From contig NC_086097.1 in NCBI RefSeq assembly GCF_963921235.1, positions 130,450,001-130,514,000 of the forward strand: a stretch of DNA of 64,000 bases. The letters are read 5' to 3'. A program made the translations under genes and the position numbers. Under the pieces are notes generated by a model, which saw nothing but the letters and a program-made list of their open reading frames with translations, did no database searches and had not been told where the DNA came from. Origin of the DNA: Mobula hypostoma. Lineage: Eukaryota. Positions 1 through 13,109 of this stretch are shown piece after piece. Numbering within the stretch: position 1 is the first letter of the stretch; the number at the start of each line of letters is the position of its first letter.

Positions 1-810
1 TGATTATTGACTGCAGAAGTTAAAAGCTGGAGGTCCATGAGCTAGTCCTCATTAGAGGACTGAAGGTGGAGAGGGGCAGCAGCTTTAAATTCCTTCATGT
101 CATAGGAGGATCTGTCCTGGGACCAGCATGTAAATACTATCACAAAGAAGACACTACAGCACCTCTACTTTCTTAGAACTTTGCATAGATTCAGCAAATA
201 TGTTAACAAACTACTATAGATGCACAGCGGAAAGTATCTTGACAAGTTGCATCATGGTCTGGTATGGAAACACCAATGCCCAGGAAAAGAAAAGTCTACA
301 GAAAGTCGTGGATACAGCCTAGTCCATCATAGGCCAAACTCTCCCCACCATTGAGCACATCAATAAGGAGAGCTGCAACAAGAAATCTGCATCCATCATA
401 AAGGACCTCCACCATTCATCCCATGCTCTCTTACCATTACTACCATTGGGTAGGAGGTACATAAGCCTAAGGTAACGTACCAGCAAGTTCAGTAACAATT
501 ATTACCCTCCCTCCATCAGACTCTTGAAACAGCATGATAACTACATTTATCACCATTCTGAACTGATTCTATAAACTACAGACCAACGTTCAAGGACTCT
601 TTACAACTCATGTTCTCAGTATTTTTTTACTATTTGTACAACTTGTTTTGTTTTGCACATTGGTTATTTATCAGTCATTAGTTATGTACCGTTTTCTGTA
701 AATGCTATTGTATTTATTTATTTTCCTTTAAATACCTGCAAGAAAACAAAGCTCTAGGTAGTATAGGGTGACAAATACCTACTTTGATAATAAGTTTTAC
801 TTTGACTTCA
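1..810 (+). mobile_element. Rex1/Babar-like LINE, degenerate 3' part
   Basis: Frameshifted C-terminal motifs (FKFL-V...DLSWDQHV, LYFLR, SILT-CIMVWYGN, GRRY). 3' UTR ends gataataagttttactttgact. Similar to other copies in the window. Confidence 0.75.
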
Positions 811-2428
811 AGATACAGCATGGTAACAGTCTCTTCACGTCCAAGGATCTCATGCTGCCCAATTACACCTGTAGAACTAATTAACCTACTAACCATTATG
901 TTCTTGGAATGAGACAGGAGGAAATCCACATGATCACATGGCACATTTGTGACAATATTTTCCCTCAACAAGCTGGGTGGAATTTGAGTGTGACTAATTC
1001 TTTATAAATATTCCTTAGATACAAATAGTTTGTTGCACACCAGAATGGAATTTGAGGTGTGGTCATATGGGATTGTTTGAGTGTAGCTCTGGGACTACAG
1101 ATAACAGTGGAAAAATCATGGCTAACTGACGCACAGAATTAAGTCTAACTGCATTAGTGAATGGAGTTCAGCAAAATCAAGGACAAAGGATGGCAGTGGA
1201 TATGGAAATCAAGGCTTGTACATGTCTATGGATGGTTTAGCAGTGGAAGCAGGAAGGAAGAGGATGGAAACAATCTGGTATCTATGAAGGCTTCAGTGAC
1301 AAAAGTCCAACCCTGGCTGACACGCATAACCTATTTCCTTTATATTAGAAGTCACACCTGCAAATAATAAAAGGTAATTATCAATTGAATAGTGTAATCT
1401 TGATTTTTATTCCACTCATGCAAAGTTCTGAAAAAGTTGGAGCATTTATGATGATTCTTTTTAACAACAATCCAGCCAATGGATTGACTGGGATTGTTTT
1501 CTTTAGAACAGAGAATGGTGAGGAAATATTTAATTGATGTGTTAAAGTTCTGAGATACCAATATATAGGAAATTAGAGAGGTCATATTTTCCAATAGGAT
1601 TAAAAATCAGGGGGTGAGGGGAGGCGTAGATTTCCGATAATTGATAAAAGGAGAATGACTATGAAAAGGACAAGAGGGTGGGTGAGGACAACCTGGTTCC
1701 CCCAAAGGTCACATGGAACTGGAACAGGGTGGGGAGGGGTTGATAGAGGCCTCGGCTGTCAGGATATACAAAAAATATTTGGATGCGTACTTGAATAGCA
1801 TGATATGTTGGGCAGTAGACCAAGAGATGGAAAGTGGGAGTACGTTAGGTAATTCTTTGTGAACAACCTGGTCACAGTGGGCTGATGGGCCTCGTATGCA
1901 TCCTAAATTTTCATGACAGAGTAATTAAGAATGATGGAAATTCATGAAAACTGTTGAAATATTTTTTAAATGTTGAGAAGATATGTGCCCTGCTAAGAAA
2001 ATATGCAAAAGGGGAGACGTTTGAGGCTCCAAGGAGTTTAACGAGTGTGACCAGAAGCTCAGGGTGAAGAGAACAGCTTTTTGTCAACATGATTACATAT
2101 TGTTTACAAATATCACCACGAAGCTGAATTTGTTGAGCATCATTGAATAACACAAAGTCTGAAACATGAACTCTGCTCCCCTCTCTGCAGATGCTGCTCA
2201 ATTGTCTGAGTATTTCTTGCATTTTCTGCTTTGTTTTCAATGCAGTTTTGAATTTCACTCTTCAAGTCATCAATTACTCGACAAGGTTTACTAGTTCAGT
2301 GTGAGACATTTAAAAATATATTTTAGATTCATAAAATCTGTAATAAATTTTGTTACTGTACTCCAAGGGAGTTCAAGCATCACATCATGGACAAGACTGA
2401 CAACACTACTATAACATATAATGCTGAG

Positions 2429-2544
2429 CAACATACACAAAATGCTGGAGGAACCCAGCATGATGCTGTCTGACCTGCTGAGTTCCTGCAGCCTTTTGTG
2501 TGTGTTGCTTTGAATTTTTGGCATCTACAGATTTTCTCGTGTGC
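2429..2544. mobile_element. Penelope-like (PLE) terminal mini-insertion with inverted arms
   Basis: Short arm caacatacacaaaatgctggaggaacccagca is inverted relative to the long arm ...cctgctgagttcctgcagccttttgtgtgtgttgc plus tail. Direct repeat ataatgctgag at 2418-2428 and 2545-2555. Confidence 0.75.
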
Positions 2545-2772
2545 ATAATGCTGAGATTTAAATCATGGATTAATGCGATCATATAATCACATTTCTTTTT
2601 CCTTGCACAATATGTAATGGAAACTAGTATAGAGTATTCATTCTTGAAACAATGATAGGTTAGATAGACATGGATTGTTAAAGGTAATAATTTGCTTTTA
2701 TAAATCCATCTAAAATAACTTTTTATGAAAAAATTCAGTAGTTCAAGCAAGTAGGTCAACCGAAGGTTAGAA

Positions 2773-3168
2773 GAATGCGAGGGCATCTCATTGAAACTTA
2801 CCGAATGTTGAAAGAACTTGATAGGGTGGATGTGGAGAGGATGTTTCCTATGGTGGGTGTATCCAAAACTAGAGGGCACAGCCTCAAAACTGAGGGGCCA
2901 CCCTTTAGAACAAAGGTAAGGAGTAATTTTTTCAGCCAGAGAGTAGTAAATCTGTGGAATGCTCTTCCACAGACTGCAGTGGAAGCCAAGTCTGTAGGTA
3001 TATTTAAGGCAGAAGTTGATTGTTTCCTGATCGGTCAGAGCGTCAAAGGGTATGCTGAGAAGGCAGGTGTGTGGGGTTGAGTGGGATCCGGGATCAGCCA
3101 TGATGGAACGGTGGAGCAGACTTGTTGGGATGAATGGCATAATTCTGCTCTTATGTCTTATGGTCTTA
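2773..3168 (+). mobile_element. CR1-clade LINE 3' end
   Basis: ORF 2775..3080 reads RGHLIETYRMLKELDRVD...TRGHSLK...NFFSQRVVNLWNALP, the CR1 ORF2 C-terminus. Tail aattctgctcttatgtcttatggtctta. Confidence 0.9.
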
Positions 3169-6100
3169 TTTTGATTTGTGTTTTTAATGAATAAATATCA
3201 AGTTTACAACCATTAAAAAAAATTGTCTAGAAATTCATCCCAAATTTATCTGCAGTCAGTATCACTGAATGCACTGCTTTGTAGCTGCACGACATTTTAT
3301 ATTGTTTCTTTAAAGTTTTTCTCAGGCTCAGAGTGTTTAGCCTCTGGGTGGAAATGTCAAATACTGGAGGGGATAGCTTTAAGGCAAGAGGAGCAAAGTT
3401 TTAAAGTGGATGAGCAGGATATGTTTTTTTACACAGATCATGGTAGACGTCTGGAACACACTACTGGAGAGTAGACATGATAGTGGAACTTAGAGGTATT
3501 TATACAGGCATACGGACATACAAGGGATAAAGGTGTTTAAACTGTGTGCAGACAGATGGTTTTGATTAATTGGCATTGTGCCTGACACAGATACTATGGG
3601 CCACAAGGTATATTCCTGTGGCATACAGATAGATGTATGTTCATATTGACCTTGATCAATGAAAAACAGGATTTCTTGGAGAGAGCACAGCAGGCAACTG
3701 ATACCATATCACTCATTTAGCACCATGGGAGGGAGATTTCTATAGCTGTGTTAACAAATGATTCATTCCTCATAATACCATTGAAAATAAAGTACTCACC
3801 TGCTCCTCTGCAGAAGTAATACAACGTGCTTAGGCGAACATACAACTCCCCAAGCTTTGACAGTGGTCTGCTATGTTAAAGGAATTGACTGTAACCTACT
3901 GGACAGCAGGATTTTACAATAGAACAACCCAAAGACAATGCCAATTTTTACCACACCTATCAGTGACATGAATGACTATTACTTAGGATATCCATCCAAA
4001 GGCAACCTCACAAACCACGAAGATCAGGTGCATTCTTGCATTGATAATATAGCAACTTTTGCTCAATATTCATGCACTGATATTTACTGAGAATTCTGCA
4101 TAGGAACAGTTCCTCTAGCCCAATTGGCCCATAATGGTATTCATATATTCCAGGTAAGACTATTCTGATTTATATCCATGTAGCCCTATCACTGTATCCT
4201 TCCATTATTGTTCTTGCATATTCCCAATTTGAAAAAGAACATATCAACTATTCCTTTTCATAATGAGTCCCACGTTCTTACTGTTCTCTGGGCAAGGATA
4301 CTTCTCCTGAGTTTCCTATTGGATTTATTCCCGAGAGTCTTACATTTATGGTCTTTGGTTTTAGTCTCTTCTAACAGTTAGAAGCATCTTCTCTACATCT
4401 ATGCTACTGAACATCCCAAGAGTCTGATAAGCCATTGAGGTCTCTGTTTTGGGAAAAAAAACATTGGACATTCAAAGAGAATTGTTTTAACTTGTCGATC
4501 TCATACTATTATGCATTAAATATAGCTTGGTCTACACTGACTCCAGAAATAATTTAATGTAAAATTAATGCTTGATGTATCTACATACATTTTATAGCTA
4601 ACTTTTTTTAAAAACCAAGCGAATTTCAGTTGCTCACCAAATTAATAACTATCCACGATGGCAAGTAAAATCAATTCTTCACATACAACGTGCATCAGGT
4701 TACTGGATGTCATTATGCGCTACACAAGTAAAGAAATATTGTGAACCGGGGTAAGGCTGTAAGGCTCTGCATAAATAGGCAGAGCATAAATCGCAGTGTG
4801 TGCCAAAGGACTGTGCACCTGAATAAATAGCTTAAATTACCAAACATGAACTGATATGCCTGCAACAATCAGAGAGATTGAAGAAAGTCTGAGTAGGCAG
4901 TTTGGCAATAGAAATTATTTATAGGAAATCAATTGGGAATAATACTTAGCTCAGGAAACTACAGGAGCTGGTGGGAAGGGAGATAGGCAAGGATCAAGAA
5001 AACATTTCTGAAGAAGCTCTGAGGGGGTAAAATCAAGCCAGGAAGTACACTATGGTGAAAGAAAAGGTAGAGATAAATAATCCTGCCAAAATATAATTTG
5101 ACACTTGAAGAAAAAGTCTGATTGAAGAATCTGTGGGAGGCAGATGTCTGATTTTTCTACTGCAGCAGCAAATGAAAGTTGTCAAAGAGAGAAGCCTTAG
5201 AACCTGCAGTGCTGATTTCTGCAAATGTTTCTATAGACCAGAATCGTCTGATGGTATTTACCAAACCTGCAGGCATGTGTGAAGACCTAAAGCTTCTGCA
5301 CAAACCCTACACAACCCTGACTTGTAAATATATCACCTGAACCTCATCGTTGTAGGCTGCAAACCCTGAAACTGTGTACCCAAGAGGACTGTGGGAAGAG
5401 TTCACCAGCACAATCTTCTCAAGCGCAATTAGGGATAAGCAATAAACACTGTCCTTGTCAGCAGCACCCATGAATGAATTGCTTTGGAGATGTAGTGGTC
5501 CAGATTTGCCAGTGCTTTCACACCTGCTCTGAGGTGCTTGCCAGGTGTTGAAGGAAGTCAGAAACAATATCTGCTATCACTATGGTAATCTTTCATCCAA
5601 ATAAAATATTTAGGCAGATGTATTTAAATTAAATAATAATGATGGGAATATATGACTGTAGATGCATTTTGCACTGATATGATCATAATTATAATGTTTC
5701 ATGTTGGTGGAATTCCAGTTAGGAAGATGCAAATGGAATACTGAGCCTTGACTGATGGAATCCCACCCGTCCCCGAACTTCCTTCTCCTTACAGACCTTC
5801 CTCAAAACCACTTCTAAAGTATCCTTTTATGTCTAGGCATCCCATTTTATTTGTTTATGCTTCAATGTAGCATGTCACAGAAGTTTGCTACTTTAAAGGT
5901 ATGATAAATGCAAGCTATTGCTGGAAGAAAGGCACTTTAAATAAATTTTAGAAACTCAATGTTATTTCAGAAGGAATTTTGGAGTTGCAGCTGTGGGACT
6001 CTTAGCCATTCCTCTCTTCCTCCCCTACTGGAGGAGGGAAATGAAATTGGGAAATTAGGAAATGTAATTAGGGGATAACCTAGGAGTTTGTTCCAGACAG

Positions 6101-8269
6101 GGAAAAGATAAAATGGCAGAGAGGACTGCTTCCTATTAGAATGGACACCTAAACTGGGACTTCTTTTGGGCCAGTAGAGGAGGCTATTTTGGGAAGTTTG
6201 GGGAGGTTTAAAATTAACCTGTTTATTGATATACTTGATTAAGTTTAAGAAAACTGTGCCAAACTACTGAACTATGATCTCACCATTGCACATAAGCTTG
6301 TTGCATTCCTCTAGCAGGGTCAGGCTATGCCAAGAAGTCTTCCCAATCAGTTCAAAAGGCCGGTAAGGTTACAAGAATTAAAGTACACACAGAATTCATT
6401 GCTGGCAAAGATATAAGCATGTACAGCTAGAAACTTAATGCACAATAGTGCTTTATTTTCAGCATCGTGTGGCTTATTTCTGGAGCAAAACTTGATGATA
6501 TCTATTTCCAGAATGTTTTGTACCAGTTCCAGTGTCATGAGCTACACTTGTGAGTCTCGATGCAATGTATGTGTCAAGGGTCCAGAACTCAACTTCATTG
6601 TCCAAGTAATGTTTGTTTTGGAGCATTGTGGAGAAAATCAGACCATGTTGGCAGTCCTAGGACAACATGATCTTCACACCTCAGCAGCAAGGTTATTGTA
6701 TAGACTTCGGGCCCTACACTTCTGGTCTATGACAGCATTGCAAGCAACACCTTGTCGATACCTCACCATCTAATCTCTGAATTGTCCTTAACCTCTATAG
6801 TCAACTCTACAATTCTTCTCCAATCAGCATTATCTATTCAATTCTTTATGCCTGTACCCTCAAGCTCCCAAAGTTTTGTCAGTGTGTCCGCCACCATCAC
6901 CCCAATTCCCAGCACTGAATGCCAATCACCTGCTTGCACACCAAGCCCCTGTTCCCAGCTGATAGGCTCAGAGGCACCTCTTCCCATCCCAACTCTTGGA
7001 GCATGCATTAGCTGACTAGGCAGTGACTTGCTGAGCTCTTATCATGGTGGTCTGAACCGATTGCCAGCCTTGCACGGACAGTGGTAAGACTGATTCTTTT
7101 AGCGCACAGTCCAGCATCTGGCAATGAAAACCTTTCAGAAATCATCATCTCAGGAGATTTATCTCAGCAAAATAGGGCTTTAGAATCACACACGGAACAT
7201 GTATGGCCTTTATGAGTTTGCACGCTGTGCAGATCAGTGAGTGAACAGTCCAAAAGGTAGAATTAGCAGAGACATATAAAACTGAAGCTTCAGTGATATT
7301 GCAATAGTAGAACTATTCATAGACTTGGAGCAGCTTTGGTGCAGAAATAAGTGACAGCATGTATTCCACCCAGAGTCAGATTCTTCACCGTGATTACAAA
7401 TTCATCATGCCAAGGTACAATTTTATGCACTTGCATATAGAAGGCAGTAAAAATATTTTTCATATTAAACAATTTACTAGAAATTGAGGCTCAATAAGTA
7501 ATATTCGAGTGCATGATGTCATATGGTCCCCGATGACTGACAGTAAAGAAGCACAAAGACCGATATACAGGAATGGTTGTAGGGCAGTTCCAGAGAACTT
7601 AGATCTGTGTTCTGCATGTTAATTCCACATGTCTCCTATTGGCAATGCTGACTAATAGGGTGAGATAGCATTAGAGCTACAGGTAGAGATGCAATTCATT
7701 ATCTGGCACAGTTGGTTTCAATGAGCCATTAATATAAAACCTGTATGAGCAAGAGGCAAAACAAGTTCTGCACGATTTTTTGATTTAAGTTTATTAAGGA
7801 ATAAAATAGAATTATATTTTCCTAGAAGATATTTTCCTACTCCTCAGGGGGGAGTCTCTGAACTAATAGGCATGGACTGTAATCTGCAAACTTGAAGTAA
7901 AACTTGCTGCATGCACATGGAAAGAATGGGAAAATTGACGATTGAAAATTGGCTTGTCACCCTAGACTGAGCAGCAGTTTTGCTATGGAAATACTTGCCC
8001 TTCAAGTTCTAGTTGAACTGAGCAACAAGGTGCGTGGGCAAACATCACACAGGCAAGTACGACTCCAGAGGGAATCACTGCTTATAAAGCAGAGCCATGA
8101 GAAAAAGGGATCACTTTGACACTGGTGGATGAAAGTGAACCTGCCAAAATCCATAGCTGAAGATGCCAGATTCCAGTAGAAGAATGGAAATAACATAAAT
8201 TACAGAAAAAATGAAGTCAGAGAAAGTGCAAAGGAAGACAAACTAAAACCTGTTTGGCTAAAAGCAGAA

Positions 8270-8880
8270 AAAATGTGGAAAAAAAAACTGAGGATACTGA
8301 AAATACTCTTCAGATCAAACAGCATCACTGGAGAAAGAAACAAAGTAGAGAGTTGGAATTAGCGATGTTTCACTAGAACCGGGCAAAAGATTGTAGAGTG
8401 GACTCAGCAATAGAGAGAATAGAGGTAATGTCTTTGATACGTGCAGATCAAAGTTGTCAAAATAACAATTACCTTAGAACCAGTCAGCTGGAGACAGAGA
8501 AAAGAAATGAAACAAATTGAAATAGAGAGGTACAGTCACACCTGTGTAGACAGAGGATATAACAGAGTGGATACCTGTCGTGTTAAATTCAGTATTAAGC
8601 TTCATGAGCTGTAACATACCAGAAGAAGCTGAGATGCAGCTCCTTGACCTTACCTTGTGCACTGTTGGAGCAATGTCAGAAGGCCAAAGACATAGATGTT
8701 AGAGTGATTGCTGGGTAGAAAATTAATGTGACAGGCAACTGGAAGCTCATCATTGCCCTTTGCAAAGGTGTTCTGAAAATTGTTCACCCTTTCTGCATTT
8801 GTTTTCTCAGTTTCACAGGAGGCTACATTGTGAGAATTGAGCACAATATACTAAATCAGGTGCAATGCTGTTTCATCTGT
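8270..8880 (-). mobile_element. Old Penelope-like element: degenerate GIY-YIG endonuclease followed by a terminal repeat
   Basis: Minus strand translates LVYCAQFSQCSLL*N*ENKCRKGEQFSEHL, then ELPVACHIN...HSNIYVFGLL and LQLMKLNTEFN. This matches the PLE pattern LVYCIRC..CGLLYIGETKRRLGDRFAEHL...LPVA.HFN...GLN. Downstream 8270-8380 resembles the gatgctg...ctg..gagtattt.cag terminal repeat. Confidence 0.75.
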
Positions 8881-9259
8881 GTGAAATGTAGAGCAAACCT
8901 GCAGGGATGTCCAGAAAATCAAACAACCAAGGGAAGAACATTTCTTTTGAGGGAAAGTCAACAATCATACCTTACAAAATAGGTTTTCTTCAAGTTTAGG
9001 AGTCAATGGATTGAATACGTAATCTCAGATTAAACAGGAATGAGTAAATAACAACAGTTAACAAAGAAAGTAGTTGAAAAAAAAATCAACAGGAAACCCC
9101 TCTGTCAAAAGTTGTGTTTACACAATGACTTTAAGTGGCAAAACATTTTAATTTTTTTTCATGGTGGACAAGTCAGATGTTAAAGAGCAGTAGAGAGATT
9201 TATTTCAAAGAAGATAGCTCAAGGGGCAAAGCTGCCTTACACAAACATCCCAGTGTTAG

Positions 9260-11275
9260 CCCTGGAGAGTGAACCCATGGAAAGCGTCCAGTCCAGATGG
9301 GGTTCCTGGCTGAGTACTAAAGGCCTGTGCTAATCACCTGGCTGGAGTGTTCACTGATGTCTTTAACCTCTCTCTCTGGCAGTCCAAGGTACCCACCTGC
9401 TTCAAGCCAGTATCAATTATACTGGTTCTTAAGAAGAACATGGAAACCTGCCTCAATGATTATCATGCAGTATCATTTACATCCATTGTAATGAAATGCT
9501 TTGAGAGGTTGGTGATGAAACATCAACTTCTGCCTGAGAAGCGAATTGGATCCACTCCTATTTGCCTACCATCACAAAAGGTCCACAGCAGATGCCATTT
9601 CATTGGCATTTCACTCAACCCTGAAACATCTGGACAGCAAAGATGCATTTATCAAGATGCTTTTTATCAATTACAGCTCAGCATTCAATACCATTATCCC
9701 CTCAATACTAATCAATAAGTTTCAAGACCCTGGCCTCAAAGCCTCCTTGTGCAGCTGGATCCTAGATTTCCTCACCTGCAGACCTAAGTCAGTTTTCATT
9801 GGCAAAAACATCTCCTCCACAATCTCCATCAGCACAGGTGTACCACAAGGCTGTGCATTTAGCTCCCTGCTCTACACTTACGACTGTGAGGCCAAGCACA
9901 GCTGCAATGCCATATTTAAGTTTGCTGTCAACACCATTGTCACTGGCCGAATCAAAAGTGGTGATGAACCAGCAGATAGGAGGGAGATAGAAAATTTGGC
10001 TGATTGGTGCCACAACAACAACATCTCACTCAACGCCAGCAAGATCAAGGAGCTAACAATTGATTTCAGGAGAAGGAAACTGGAGGTCCTTGAGCCAGTT
10101 CTCATCGGGAGATCAGGCGTGCAGAGGGTCATCAAATTTAAATTTCTTAATGTTATCATTTCAGAGGATTTGCCCTGGGTCTAACACATACCAGCCATTA
10201 CAAAGAAAGCATGGCAGCACTCCTACTTCCTTATAAGATTGCAAGGATTCAGCATGACCTCTAAAACTGTGACAAGTTTCTATATATGTGTGGTGGAGAG
10301 TATGTTGACTGGTTGCATCATGGTCTGGTATGGAAACACCAAAGTCCTTGAAAGGAAAATCCTACAAAAAGTAGTGGATAAAGCCCTTCCCACCATTGAG
10401 CACATCTACATGGAGTACTGTTGCAGGGAAGGAGCATTCATCATCAAGGACCTCCCCACCAGACCATGCTCTCTTCTCACTGCTGCCATCAGGAAGAAGG
10501 TACAGGAACTTCAGTACTCACACTGCCAAGTTCAAGAACAATTATTAACCCTTAGCCATAAGGCTCTCGAATCAGTGGCGATAACTTCTCAGCTTCACTT
10601 GTTCCATCATTGAACTGTTCATGGACTCACTTTCAAGGACTCTTCATCTCATGTTCTTGATATTTATTGCTTTTTATAAAAAATCTTTTGTATTTGCACA
10701 GTGTGTTGTCTTTTGCACATTGGTTGTTTGTCCACCCTGTTGTGAAATCTTTCATTGATCCTAATATTTCAGAATCAGAATCAGATTTATTGTCACTGGC
10801 ATGTGACGCGAAATTTGTTAATTTAGCAGCAGCAGTTCAATGCAATACATAGTCTAGAAGAGAGTGAAAAAATAATAAATAAAATAAAACATAATAATAA
10901 ATAAATAAGTAAATCAATTACGTATATTGAATAGATTTTAAAAAATGTGCAAAACCAGAAATATTGTGTATTTTAAAAAAAGTGAGGTAGTGTCCAAAGC
11001 TTCAATGTCCATTTAGGAATCGGATGGCAGAGGGGAAGAAGCTGTTCCTGAATCGCTGAGTGTGTGCCTTCAGGCTTCTGTATCTCCTACCTGATAGTAA
11101 CAGTGAGAAAAGGGCATACCCTGGGTGCCGGAGGTCCTTAACGATGGACGCTGCCTTTCTGAGACACCGCTCCCTAAATTTCTTCAACTTATTGTGTATG
11201 CCCACAAGAAAATGAATCTCAGGGCTGTATATGGTGACCTATATGTACTTTGATAATATATTTACTTTGTCCTTT
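9260..11275 (+). mobile_element. Rex1/Babar-like LINE, 5'-truncated, degenerate RT
   Basis: ORFs 9347, 9546 and 10239 give VPTCFK...CLNDY...[45 protein letters not shown] and SMLTGCIMVWYGN across frameshifts. The 3' UTR is interrupted at about 10770-11176. Confidence 0.9.
10770..11176 (-). mobile_element. Younger Rex1-type 3' fragment nested antisense in the previous element
   Basis: ORF 11002..11205 reads CLRKAASIVKDLRHPGYALFSLLLSGRRYRSLKAHTQRFRNSFFPSAIR. Has a (TTCTGA)n tail and is closely similar to 23398-23786 and 32240-32652. Confidence 0.85.
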
Positions 11276-12195
11276 GTACTTTCTCCTTTAATTACAATTT
11301 GTACTCTATCCTATGAAACAACAAAAAACCGCTCCCCTTTGAGTCGAATAGATGGGAATATCAGACAAAGGATTTTACAAAAATGGTGTTGCTTACATAT
11401 CAAATATAAACTGATACTCCATGTATTTTCCTGTCAAGTTGAAAGGCTGTTGCTTCCAAAGATCAATAACTAACACTTTAGTAACTGGCAATGAACCTAT
11501 ACTGGGTTGCCCCAGGATCATTAACCAAAACAGAGAAACTAAGACTGTAAGAAAAACAAAGAACTTTAAAAACTTCAACAATTTTGTTACAGCTCCATAA
11601 AAATTTTCCATCCCTATGGTTCCCACAAGCTTCATAAGACCTCAGTTACACTTCTGGACACTGAGGAGACACTGGCACTTCTGGGATGGAATGTGTGCAA
11701 ATCTGTCCTCAAAAGTGAGGCAAGCACCCAGACTCACCATCCTATCATCCACAAAAACAATCAACACTCATGGGAAATACGACTAGTGTTTTGTCCCAGG
11801 CTAGCAAGCTTTTTGGATCTGATATTCCCAGGATACCTCCCATCCATTTTTTTTAGATCCCTATTGAAGTTAATATAACACTTTGTATGATTTAGGGCTC
11901 AACACTAATCTGGGAATGTTGCAAAGTAAGAAAAAAGTAAGTATGAAATCAAATGGTTTCAAGAAACAGTTATTCAGGCATTTAAATGGATTATATTTAA
12001 AGCATCGACATTACTGCAACCTCATGTATTATCAATACTGCCGACATTATGCACAATGTCAACATTAAAGGCTTGTTCTGCAAAAATAAATGATTATGAC
12101 AAAATAACTCAGATGTGAAAGCAAATGACAATCACTCTTAGGAAATCCATTTACACCTTTAATAAGTGCAAACAGATTAAGGAAATTCCCAAATA

Positions 12196-13056
12196 CTGTG
12201 GATTCCTGTTCATTGGGCCATTGGCTAATCAGGGTAGCAGCTTATTTGGGACAACTCTTAAAAATAAAAATGAATTGAGAAAATTGCTGGGATCCCCGTC
12301 ATTTATTTGAGACAAATATGCTGCTTAATTGGTTCAGGAGGCTGTTGCCATACAGTTTCTAACTAGAGTCAGTCGTGTGCACTTATGTGGCCATTAAATA
12401 CTAAATCGTGCTTAGAGCGAAGAGTTTGTAAATAGCATCAGTTGTGTGTGTTTGTGTTCAAAAAGCAGTGACTTTCATTACTGAAAGTTCATGAGAAATA
12501 AGCAGTAAGATCATTCAGAACCATTTTGCTCACTGTAGTTTCAAGCATTTAGGCTTGGAGATGCCAGAAATGGCCGGCCACTTGTGTGGCCATAAGACAC
12601 TACACCATGCTTAGACTTTTAAAATATAGTGTCAGTTGTGTGTGCTTATGTCATGTTACCCATTTCAGCTGAGGACGCAATTCAAAAAGCAATGATTTTA
12701 GATAATTTTGTTTTTTATTTTGAAGGCGGTCCATTATCTGCACTAGGGGTCTCTGCTGCTTTTGTTTATTTACAGTCAGTTGGCAGCACACACCACAATA
12801 CACACTGGATGAATTCCTTCATCCATAACTAATTGGAACTAATGCGCAGTTTTATCACACTGTAGTAGTATTGATAATGTTCTAACTTGTTCTCTATTTC
12901 ATTTTAAATGTGTAATCTGTTACTCAGTTAGATGCTAGTTTAGCATTTTTTTTTACTTTATTATTTCCATAAAACTTCAGCTAACTGGGGCAGCTGCCTA
13001 ACTGAGCCGAAATATACTGGTGTATATAATGTGCCCCAATTAACCAGAATCCACTG
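12196..13056 (+). mobile_element. Non-autonomous pogo/Tigger-like DNA transposon
   Basis: Imperfect TIRs ctgtggattcctgttcattggg / cccaattaaccagaatccactg, flanked by TA at 12194-12195 and 13057-13058. Internal remnant EISSKIIQNHFAHCSFK resembles the Tigger C-terminal motif TIQNCF..CGF. About 75 bp internal duplication at 12377 and 12577. Confidence 0.8.
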
Positions 13057-13109
13057 TATTCTAAGAACATTCTTTTTGGAAAAAGCAATTGCAATAATGA
13101 TTCACCTAC

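Noticed and set aside
2409..3140. 243 aa minus-strand ORF
   Set aside because: Antisense read-through of a CR1 3' end and a PLE mini-element.
3794..3802. Perfect minus-strand donor CAG|GTGAGT, a possible extra NFATC1 exon
   Set aside because: No NFAT-like peptide upstream and the candidate phase-1 reading hits a stop; a 9-mer can occur by chance.
1..13100. Search for the last NFATC1 exon (VNEIIR...)
   Set aside because: Not found by eye; probably beyond the left edge of the window.
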